Source of the DNA: Phoronis australis
Lineage: Eukaryota; Animalia; Phoronida
DNA: 64,000 nucleotides
Reading direction: 5' to 3'
NCBI GenBank assembly: GCA_002633005.1
Contig: NMRA01000109.1
Location: 164,858 to 228,857, forward strand
Below, piece by piece: positions 25,201 through 37,200 of this stretch. The notes beneath the pieces were generated by a model that was not told where the DNA came from, did no database searches, and was given only the letters and a program-made list of their open reading frames with translations. The position numbers and the translations under genes are program-made. Each line of letters starts with the position of its first letter. Within the stretch, counting starts at the first letter, position 1.

Positions 25201-28200
25201 ACTGCCATCGTGCTCTCCAACCAACAAGTGGCCGTAAAGTGTTATGTCGACGGGTAAACTCCCGCCATGCTACTACGGCCAACATGCAAGCGTTGGAAAG
25301 ATCTTTGTTGAGCTCTGACTTGGAAGTTACTCCGGCGCTAGTTGATCGCTCTTGTGATAAATGTAGAAGTTTTGTCGACTTTGATATATATAACCTTACT
25401 GAGACACCAATATTTGATAGCCTCAAGCCTGAGCTGCAACCAGTTGCTGTGGAGAACGTGCTCAACTCTAGTTTGGTTTACAGAGATAGAGGTGGTTGGT
25501 TAGATAAATTAGCATTTATGACAAATGTTCATCTGAACTACGCCATTGTGTGTGCAGACGTTGGATCGTTGGGAAGTTGAATTTTTACATAACGACAAGG
25601 ATGTACTGATAAAGGCCGAACATCAGCAGTGAAACATAACTTATTTGATAAATCTCTTTTTAAGTGGCAGTGTCGTAGATTTATGATAAATGAAGAGTCG
25701 TCCTCTTCAGCTCTTGGGGAGAGGGGAGGGAGGGGAGAGGGGGGAGGGAGGGGGGAGGGGAATGGGGGTTTGCTGGTTATTTTCGCAAATTTGACAGGAA
25801 CTTCGCGCAGATTACTCGCAACTCTATGATCTCATGACAGCTGAAAAATAGAAGTCGACGGTGAAGTCCAGCGAAACAAAAATTAGAAAACGGGAACAGG
25901 ATCAGGAAGAGTCTTTTGAAATTGAAAGAGGAATTGTGTTCACCTGCCGTGTTTGGTTATCCGAACATTTGAGTTCCACACTCATGCTAGCCGGTTACTA
26001 CCTTTGTGTAGCAAGTTCACCATGGTTAATAACAATAAAAAATTAACCATTTAACATGCGTTCACTTAGTAGTGTCAAGAGAGACACTACAGGGCATCTG
26101 TGGTGGATGTTATGGCTGTGTGCCTTTGAAATCGTTTACCGTCAAGACAGGCAGAATACAGTTGCTGTTGTCAAGACGGCCCGGTGTGTGTAGAGAGTCA
26201 TAGGTTATCCACTGGGTCAATCAAACTTGTTTGAAATCAATGTTCATTTTATCCCGCAGCTGAGTGTGTCTGTCTGCTTGTGGCTTGGGGAGAAACTGCT
26301 GTCGACAGCAACACGGCAGATGGGATTGAGGGTACATGTATGTCTGCTCGAGATTCGCAACAAGCTCAAATCAATGAAAAAATAGATGGGGCTGATGAGA
26401 ATTGGTTACAAGCCTCGACGAAGTCAGCTTGCAGTTGTTGAACATGATTTGACGTGTTTTGGTAGCCTGATTTGTCTCCAAGTAATTCGCTAGAGGTTGC
26501 AGTTATTGTCACCTAGATAGTTGCAGTTTCTAAACAATGAATGTGGTAATTCAGACTGAGATCGTACTTTGACATTGATAAAAAGGTAGATCTTACCTTC
26601 TAGCACTGACTCGACCTGTTGATAATTATGCTGTAGTTGGTATGTATATGCCATCTTACATTGGAATCGTCGAAGGGTGGATTTCAAAACATTCTAATGG
26701 TTACGGATCATGTCACCAGCCGAAGCGACACCAACATTAAATCAAACATAAACAATGATGAAGCGTTCTTTAATAACTTTGTGATGCATTATTGGTTGCC
26801 TAAATGGATGCACTCTGATCAAGGCGCTAAATTTGAGAACACTTTGACAAGGATGTATGTCATTTTAGTTTTATTCTTAAATCTGGTTCTTTTAATAAGC
26901 CGGTTCCTTCCAGTGGTTTCAGTAGCATTTGTATAGTCTAACAGTAGCTTGACCAGCCGGCTATTATTACGTATTAGCCTCTGTATGTTACGCGGGTGTT
27001 TGGCGACGAGCCTTTCACGAGTTTACAGACATTCGTTGACAAGATCTGTAAAGGGAATCATGTGTTTTCCTCGGATGCTGGAATTTTTAGATCAAGCACA
27101 GACTATCGGCCAAACTGATGTAAGTTCTGAGTATTACGGCATAGCATGTTGTACTCGTGTGTATCTACTAGCTAAGTTTAGAGCGTACTTGTGTATGGTG
27201 TGGGTCAACGTGTAGTTTAATTCAGCTGCTTGTTTGGTGTATATGTTGCGCGGTACCCGGTGCCCCGGTGCATAGGATTAATAGTTACGGGTAGCAGTTA
27301 GGCAGTTGTTGTGTATGGTAATGGTTCCCAGTTGTAGAATAGATAGTATGGGTTCCAGTGCATTGTGTATTGTTAGCGAGGTAGTATTTGTTAGGCCTGT
27401 AATCTGGAGTCATTATTGCGAGTCTTTCTAACGATCTGATGTATAGTGCTTGTTAATTAATTACGCTTGCTTGCAGATAACCGCTTGTTCGGTTTCTCCT
27501 TTTCAACGCTTGTTCGGTTTCATATTTTCAACGCTTCTTCAGTATCTATTCTTCAACGCTTCTTTGGTATCACTTTCAACGCATGTTCGGACACTTTTCT
27601 GCATTGTCTGTAACCATATCGTTTGCCAATGCTGCACTGAATAAAGTGTGTTATGCAAACGGCGTCTCCAGTTATATTTTCAACTCATCCCTGTAGCCAG
27701 AAGCGGCTACACGGCGTGTGCTCCATTTTATTTAATGATGGGTACATAGCATGGATTGCCAATAGACTTAGCATTTGGCTTGGTCAGAACGAAGTATGTG
27801 AACCCCATGAAAACACGTTTCTGGAGGTTTGTGACCTAGCGCGAAACAAAATTGTGAAGATCCGTCGGAGAATGAAGGGTCACTATGATTTGTCAGTTCA
27901 TGTGGCTGTGCTTGAGCCTGGCGATCCTGTTCTCGTGCTGGTAGTAGCTTTTGATGGTAAGCATAAAACTGATGATAGATGGAATTAATGTGTTTATGCT
28001 GTAAAAATCAGCCAAATGGCGATATTCCAGTGTTTGTTGTGTTCAGAGAAGGTTTGCCGGTTGTGAGCGAACTCGACGTCGTGACCTTTTGCTTCATGTT
28101 GGTTCACTGATAACGGATCGCGGCGAAGCTAGTCGCAGTCTCCGACCAAAGCCAACTCCAACGTGGAGTCGTTGATATTTGGTGTAGAACGAGGTTGTCA

Positions 28201-31200
28201 GGAATCGTCAAAGAACCCCTGGAAGGAACCTATGTAAGTGGGGTGTGTTATGGGAACTGGTGCTATAGTCTCGAACTGTGAAGTTCAGACGTCTGACAGT
28301 GATGTTCTGGAAGGGCCCAATTCTTTGTGTGAATGACAAGCCTGTTTCTAATGTCGAGGATCCTGCTTTTGGTTCTCCAAATACATTGCCTTAGTCCATG
28401 TTGTGCAGTGTCGGAGATGTCCGCGTATTAGAAGGAAAGTAATCTGGCAGACAAATTATGATCATAGATAAGACTGCTGTTTCGACTTGGCTTCTCAAAT
28501 TTGGGTTTTATAGTCTGTGGTACAACCGCGTTTTAAGAAAAATGGAGTGGTGTGGAGGTGTGCTCTACATCTTAGAAATTGATCGATGACGAAGATGTCA
28601 TTTCAGTCGAACGGGAGTATGTGAAAGTCGTATGTTCTTTGTCCTATGCTCTATGTGTTCTTTGTTTGTATTGTGTTCTATTTATAACGTTTGGTTTGCT
28701 TTAATGATAAAAATTATGAAAAGCATTTCTGTTTTTCCAGATTAAAATCTTGATTGATTGTTTATGGGTACGGCTGTAGCTTGGTGTACTAGCCACTCCA
28801 CCACGAAGACTGTGTGCTTCTGTACTGTTTCTGTGATATTATATGTAACTACTTTGGTCTTTTCGCTTGTTACTGGACACAGCAATTGCTTTGAGAGGTG
28901 AACCAGTGAGTTTGGAAGACAAGCAGGAAGATTGCCTTTCAATTCAAGAGTTGACCTGGGATAAATTAATTTAGTATTCATTAGTAGTTGTTGTAGGAAG
29001 TGTTTCAGTCTGCCTCAGCTTAGTCTGCATTTATTCTATATCACTACGTTTTTACTCGTACAGTAGCCTTGACACAGTCTTGTACTGGGTTTGATAATCG
29101 TTCAGGTATGCATTTTTTGTGGAACATTCACCGCCGGCTAGCATTTAGTATGAACATGCTTTGTCGTGTTGTTTATCGCGATGTTTTTCGGCGTTGGCTG
29201 GTCTGTTATGTATGTATTGCAATGTTCTTCTTTTCCTTTTGTTACAGTTTCATTTATAGTACATGTAGATTCAATCCAGTGTTTATCCTTACTCAAGTCA
29301 AATTGAGCTGGTACATGTGATTAGGTTTCATGATATAAATTGTTATTCATGTTGTATGCATGTTTATTTAGATAACACATAAGTTAAATGTAATTAACTT
29401 AATGTAAAAGTTTAGAATGTGTTATTCATGTATTGCAATAACTGTACTGTACTGTCTGTGCGTGTTAATGTGTTTAACTTTAATTGCAGGGTGTTTAATT
29501 TCTTCAACGAGGATAAACATTCTAACCTTAACATCGAATTTGCCTCGCCCGAATAAATTCATACTCAAAACGTACCCAGAGTGACATGCATGAAGTAATA
29601 TCCCACAAGACATTATTCCGCGTATCGACCGAGACCGAACGAATTCCTAAGTTTCTAACATTTTTTCGCAGATTTTTAAATACTTCACCAAGACTGTTCA
29701 CACGGCCGATCACATCCTATATGTGTGTACTTGCTCGTTAGGTTGCAAGTTTTCTCTAGTAAAAGAAACAATTTTAAAACTAGGGATTTATTTCTTGAAA
29801 AGAGGTAACAAAGATGAAAACACTGGCAAATGCGCGGTGAAATTGTAACACCTTCTGGATATAGTTAAAAAACAACAATATTTGATATTGTATTTTCCTA
29901 GGAATCGGCGCCTGAGTTGCAGACGATATAGTATTCAGCAATTGAAAACTGAGATTTTACGCCTAGGGACTAATTGCATGTCGAATGCTAGTTACACTGC
30001 TGCAACTGTATTACTTTAAATTATATTTGGAAAGTTTGATGATCGAACCGGCTGAAGAAGTCGAGTCGACATTGACCTACCTTTTGAACTTTCCCTGTCA
30101 GAGGTCATTGTTGAGGTAGTGCGGAGGTGAAAACGGAAAACTTTATTGCATGGCAGTATTTCCTCGACAGATTCAACGCGTATGGGATAAAAATACATAC
30201 ATTTGCGATAGCCCCTTAGACAACGAGTTGAAATGAACCGTACTTGTCGATTTTTCTGCACTTGATGAAGGGCGAATCTCTGTAAGGCACACGATATTTG
30301 CGTTAATGTCTCGCAATGTTTTTCCATTTCGTGAATGTCTACTTGGTTCAGCTTGAACATGGATATGGACATTACTGTTTCATTGGCTGTGCATCAGAGG
30401 GGGCTGGGGTATACCCCCAATTTTTCAGCGCTGCACGGCCCATGGACATGTGCGGCGCGTACCATAGCGGCTGGGGGCTGTAGCCCCTCCGCCCCACTTA
30501 TTTCAGTGCTGTGCTGCCCATGCGTTGCGATTTTTTTGGGATATGTCTCTTGTCAATTTTTCAAATGTCAATAAGCATTACCCCAATAATCTTAAAAAAT
30601 AACGCAAATAGTACGTGTTAGATCTGGCTGCTTGAAGCCGCAAATGTCAACGCTTTATATAGTAAACGTGATCAAATTTTACCGTTTACATCGGAATTTC
30701 CTCTAGTTCTACGCAAATATAGGACAAGGCCACGTGTCAGGTCAAGGCAAATCCAAATGTAGCAGAACTTTGAGCGTTGGTATTAACGAATCTTGAACTA
30801 CCAACCGAGGCGCTAAAATCGACAATGCCCTCAAAGTCGTTAAGTCCAGCGACATCTAGCGTTTAAGTTTTCAGCGTTAGTCTGCTTACGATTGTCAAAA
30901 GAGTATCGGGACACGTAGCTATTCAAAATGCAAACAGACGCAGTAAGTTAAGAGTTTGTTTCCAAAAACGATACTTCCAACAGCATATTTTACTAATGCA
31001 GCTTTTGCGTATTTTTAAAGCATATATTCGAACCCAACAATCGTTCAGATTGGATAGAAAACGCAATGCAAGAATTGCTTAAGCAATGTATCAAAATGTT
31101 CCAGGGTCGACCGACTTGTAAGGCCAAAGGAACAAAGCACAGGGGCATACTTCATTCTAGTTCCTTAACGTTTTTTAAAGTACGCTAACTGACAAAAGAT

Positions 31201-34200
31201 GTTCTGTACACATACATGTATGTCCTTCGAAACTCAAAAATGTACAATTTCCACAAATCCTTATGCATTTCTACTCTGTATTTTTTACTTGCTAATGGAG
31301 AAACATGGAAAAAACAAACTATGCAAGCAAATATGAACACAAAATAAGAATGAAACAGATCGCAATAACATTTATTCATCATAAAAAACTTTAAAATCCA
31401 CCACAGAAAGCTGAGACAGTATGATGTAGGTAATTTACTTGAGGCATACAATAAAATAGGTGAGGATGGCATGTCTTTGTCATTTCAGCATCAGCCATTT
31501 AAGACAATGATATTTTAATGTTTGGAAGAAATTTTAATCAAAGCAAAGTGAGATCAATGTTTTTGAGATCTTGTTGCACACTTGTCGTTTGATATCTCAC
31601 AAGTTGTACTTAGTAGTAAAAGGCCTTATTTCCTTTGAAGAGGTTGCACATTACCGTTACATTCTTAACCATGCGCCTTCAATTTTGGTATTTAAATGAC
31701 TCTTACAAATAATTATTGTTAAGTTGTCACCATGTCGTAGATTTTAAGTCTGCTTTGCTTTCCTAGATCTCCGGAGATCTCTCGCTGGAACGTTGACTGT
31801 GATGAGTCTCGGAAACTCTGGTAATGTGAAATCCCGAAACTGCCTCTATAATGTCGTTCCAGAACGGGAGTTAACACCATGACCCTGTATCCCAAAAATG
31901 TTATGAATACATCTTAATAGATTTAATAGCCTTTAGTATACTTGTTGCTAAGAAAAAAATATTTTTCTGTTATCGGGGTTGTACATGTACGTATTGGGTG
32001 GAAGACCGTTTCCGCCGATGTTGTTTTTACCATTGCGATACTGAGGAGCTGTGACAAAAGTCCGCAAAGTGCCGCCTTTTTCAGACACGAAAAGGTGCGT
32101 GTTTGGAGGATGTAGTAACACCAACTTGACTGAGAACGTCTTTTTGTTCAAAGTTCCAAAATACGTGAAAGTTACACAGAAGTGGTATCGGTTTATGCCG
32201 CACCGGAGTGACGTGGAATGTCATAGTGTGGAACATGAGAGTCGGGAGCCAATTTTTAGTCGGCACATGTCACGGAATCGTGTTTCTACCAAACACAAAA
32301 AGGGCGTTGCGATGAAGGACTTGTCACCTTGTTTGTAAATTTTATAAATAACGATCAAACTGCTTCCATTCTAGGCCAATTGATGCCAGGTCTTCGACCC
32401 CGGCCACCATCGAGTGATGCGACACGTAGGCCTTGTGTTTACACCGTGCCCCAGGTTTACTGTAGCCTTTGTTACTGATTATTAGGTTCTATTCTGTGAA
32501 TATTGGTCGCCCTTTCATTCAGTTGGTTGTGGCTTACATATGTTTGCAGCATTTCTGGTACAAGTGGGCCTAGTTCATACGGCCTCAAAGCTGACGAAAG
32601 TTCGCCAATTGGCAAATCGAATTCATTGTTTGATTCCTAAAGTACTTCAGTGTGATGCCCGTATCCGCTCTCCTCTATGTCTAGATAATTACTGTCCAGT
32701 TATTGCTCAAAATGGTCCTCGTATTCTGATCTGCTATATTCCGCCATTGCAATTGATTTTCAAGTGACCAAACGTCTTCCAACCATTACATCATTTTGCT
32801 GAAAACTTGGAACTAACTAAGTTTTCTTCACAATTTAAACAATCGCGTCTATTTGGAAAAAATATTTTGTTTATTTTGTGGTACTCGTATCAAATCAGCT
32901 AACTGAAACCTCAAAAACTAAGAAAATGCATGGTGGGAGCTCTTTAAATGTGGCGCCACCTAGTTTGTTGAGAGAAGGCTGTAGACCTGCGATAGGGTGC
33001 AATGTATATCACAGCCTTAGTCTTTTCCCAACAAACTAGTTGGCGTCAAATTTAAATTGTCCTCGTCCTGGAACGAAGGGATAGGTTCATTTTCGAGATC
33101 CCACGTGATCTGAGTTCACGGGACTCATCACCGTCAACATCCAATCGAAGTAGACGGGAGATCTATGAAGATCTAGGAAAGCAACAAAGTAGTCCAGCAG
33201 ACCAGTTTTAAATTTATTATCGAGAACATTCCTGGATGGCTCAAGGTTTACACTTTATTTATACTATCTTAACCAAATTTGCAAATTTCAGTACCAAGTA
33301 TCAATTCAATATCAATTAACAAACAACGTACATGTAAACTACAATGTATGGACAGGGAGCGGCTTTTATTTACTCGGCTTGTATTACTCGGGGCATTATT
33401 ATGGGTGACACGTTTCGAATTGTAAAAGCCAAAATATACGCGAAACTCGTGCACATGACTAACATTACGTTTGACTCATATAAGGAGGATTTTTTTATAA
33501 ATGACGAAAAGGTCAGACTTACATATTTATACATCGTGCTTGCAAAGATAATAATGTTGACAACTTGAAGCGCGTCTTTTTGCGAATGAGCGACCGGGTA
33601 AAGAAGTAACTCAACATTCTTGGCCTTATCACCGACCGATCCGCTTTGGAATGCACGAATGCTTGCAGACAAAATAATTTACATAGACTGAGTAACAACT
33701 AATTCACAAAATTCACCATACAGTCTGATAAGTCCCTAGCGGGCACATGCGGTAAGACGTAAGGTGTATCTAATTAAGCATGTGATGTTAACATCTTGTG
33801 AACGTTATACAGGTACTGACAAGGGTAAATATTTGTTACTTGTCGAAATGCAGTTTCTCCAAGTTTGTTGTTTTGTCGTTTTTGCTTATTGTTGCGTTTC
33901 TTTATTTGCACGCTACAGGTTGCATTCGGTCAACATGAAATTTCCCAAAACACGTGTGGTGCCCTTTCAATTATTTACCAACTGGCTTACTGGGTTTCCT
34001 ATCTGTATTTGATATACTCTGGAAAGCCTTGCAATTTCATCCACTTGCATAATGCAAGTTTTATTTGACCGTTTGAGAAGTATTTGCATGTACCGACCAA
34101 AAATTCGAGCCCAGGATATCCCGGATTCTATCCAGACACTGCAGGCTAATGACCTACATGATTCGAGACGAACTCCGGGACATTTCACATGATTTTCATA

Positions 34201-37200
34201 TGGTCTAAAGATCTGTTAACACTCACAAATCTGACATCTATAGATCAGTGCAGTTGGGATATTTGATTGAAATGGTGATTTCTCAAGTGTGTGTTTGCTC
34301 GTTTTCCCGAGGCAGGCTGTAATCTCTTTGTAACCGGTCTGCAGTTAACCGATGGAGTGGTTGTCGGGTAAACTCTATTTTGAAATGTAGCGGCATTCAC
34401 ACTTATTCAATGGGAACTTCTTAAGTGAACTTCTTACCTGAATCTGGACACTTTAAAACTGTTTCATCAATTATATGTAAATGTATTAATTATCGACACT
34501 ATTATACTGTTACTGATTGTATTAAACGGGTTTTGAGAACCGATGATTTTACACTGCACGTAGTATAGAAGATTACAACATTCAAGTGCATTTACGGCAA
34601 AAATGTTAGATCATTATCGTCAGTAATGGTCAATAGAAATTGTCAACGGTAACTTAAAACTTATTTTTTATCTCTTCGTTTAATGTTCGTTTCTATTAAA
34701 AATAAATATATTACTGAACAAAATTCAAGGTGACAGTTCCAGTGGAGAGGGTACCAAGGACATCGGCGATGGCACTTCATCTAATCCTGGAGACCAAGGC
34801 GTGGGCGGTGGTAATTATACTACGGACGGTGGTGATTATACTACGGATGGTGGTGAGGACATAGAAGGCAGTGAAGAAGATGGTGAGAAAAAGTCCGTTC
34901 TGGAAACTCTTTCCAAACATTAAGTAAAAATCAGTGGAGATTTATCCAGGATTGTGATCAAACCCTCTCGACTCCCACAACCCTCGACCCCCCAACTCCG
35001 TCGACCCACGACCTGTGACAATAGATGTATCTGTGGGTTTTTTACATATTTCATAATCTTATCGTCGGGATATCAATGGTTGTCAGGCTCCAATGGTCGT
35101 CCGCCATCTTCTTTCGTGTGCAGGGCCGCCACGAGGGACTTAACGTTCCAATTTCGAGTGATCGTCTGGTTGTTAGGTACTAAACTCTCGGGAGAAAAAC
35201 GCATCGACGAGATGAGATGAAAATCGGTGCATTTACCGACTGTTTTTTGAAACCACTTAAAAACTTGTAGATTTTATTAATAGAATTTTTGTTCGTTTTC
35301 ATAAGATATTTTCAAATTAAATTGCTCTACAAGTAAACATTTCACAGCAGGAACCAGATGGATTCCTTAATTACAAGAGAAAACACACACACTTACGATA
35401 CCCAATGTGTAATTGAGTATCGGATACTAAGTGGCACAGGTTAGCACAATACCAAATGGGTACATAATACCAAATGGGTATTGGCCGATGGCCTACCAAC
35501 TGGGTCGAGCAAAACGGCAAATTCAATAACAAGTACGAAATAGGTACAAACTGCCAAATGGGAAAATATCATATAATGTACGAAGTGGGTACACCAAACA
35601 GCCAACTGGCAGGTTCCGGAGAAACTTAGTGAGCAGACCAGCCGGGGTGATAAAAAGAGATATTGTAAAGAACGTGGTGTTGTGGCTGAAGAACGGGAAG
35701 GAGTCTACTACGTATAAATTTTTTTAATTGGGAAAACTTGCGAGTGAATGTACTGTTGCTTGAGGCTGGGCCAACAGGAAGCTGGAGAGAAAGAACAAAC
35801 AGCGTTACCATCGGACTTGGTAGGAACTAAGTAGGAGTTGGATATAAAGCATGAAGTGCTGTATGATGGTATTTGTCCAAATAATAGAATTTATGTCATT
35901 GTGCCATTAATCTCATTATTTATGATTAAAGAATCCTGTTAAAGGTGAGAAAAAAATTCAAACAATGTGACACTGAATATTTATTAGAGCAACTGTACTG
36001 ATGTCTAATGATCTTTAACCAAGTCTCCATAGGCTACAGTTCTGTTTTGGCTGGCAAGGTGTTAACAGGAAGTGAAGAAATACTGGAAAGAAAAAGAAAG
36101 ATAGCAAAGTTACAAGAAGAGTAATTATTTAGCGCAAAAAATTTAGATTGTTGTAAACGTGTTTGTATGTTACCTCAAATTTTCTTATCCTCGTTATTTT
36201 ATTGGTTAAATTTTAAACATATTTGAAATTCTGGTCCAACTTTAATCGATTTAAAATCAATGTTATACCAGCAAAACAGTCTGTGGTTGAACTAAAATTG
36301 TTGTAAACCTTTTCCCTCTATATTCTTGGTCTTTTCCTGCATGTTTTCTGTTCTTGCAAATGACGAAGATAAGAGTCATTGTAAAATGACTGCCAAAAAG
36401 CAATGTATAGTTCAAACAACTCGGCATAAATCAATGAAACTTTCGAATCAACGAATACTACATGTTTGTGAGAGTTCAATTAAATCCTATTCAGGGCATA
36501 ACTTTGAAGTGGAATAATTCTGTGAGAACGACAAGCCGGTTTTATGTTTAGGCGGACGGCCACTGGTTTCCCGAGAACTCGTCGCAGGGCGACTTTCCCA
36601 TACGCGAGTCTGCTCTGGCTGACCTCTGGAAAGGAGCGTGAGAAAGCTGGTGGTCTCGAATACCGCATTGTGAGCGCGGTATCGTTGTCGCGGAAATAAT
36701 TCCACGAGCGTCTATCAATGGCCCAGTTCTAAAAAAACTTAGGGAGAGAGAACGTTAACGTGAATGAACATAATTTCATATTTTTATTATTTGCTTTATA
36801 TTGTATACTCGTTTACAATATGCTCCGTGTGACGTTGAAATCTTTTAGTTTACAGTTTGTTTTTTCAAACTGTATTTACTATTAAAATTACAATTTTGTC
36901 GGTTCCTCGCACTCTGCAATTCACTGAAGTGCAGACGAGACGATTACTCTCTGCTGGGAACGACATTCGTAAGGTTGGTACATGTAGGTCTATGAACTCA
37001 TTTGGTCGCGTTGTTTTTTTCTGTCTTTGGCTTTCAAACTTGCCGCATCGACTGTCTTAATTGCCAAAAACAGGGAAAAGCCAACGGAGCTCAAGGCCCA
37101 ACTCTTTGATCCTACAAGTCAGCGCTTGTTTTATGTTCAGATCGATTCGAGTTTGTGTATAGTCTAGGTCGAGGGAGTTGTGGGTCGTGGGGGTTGGGGA

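Larger units (their letters stand above)
31756..33183. mobile_element. TIR element hosting nested insertions
   Basis: TGCTTTCCTAGATCT...GAGATCTC / GAGATCT...AGATCTAGGAAAGCA inverted repeats. Confidence 0.65.

Noticed and set aside
25065-25580. 171-aa ORF as a host gene
   Set aside because: Lies within the decayed Gypsy internal region; no recognisable domain or splice context.
25717-25770. G-rich run (GGGGAGAGGGGAGG...)
   Set aside because: Simple low-complexity tract inside a TE relic.
33740-33751. Possible 12-nt exon CGGGCACATGCG|gtaaga
   Set aside because: Poor pyrimidine tract, only 61 nt to the next acceptor, and no similarity to the array.
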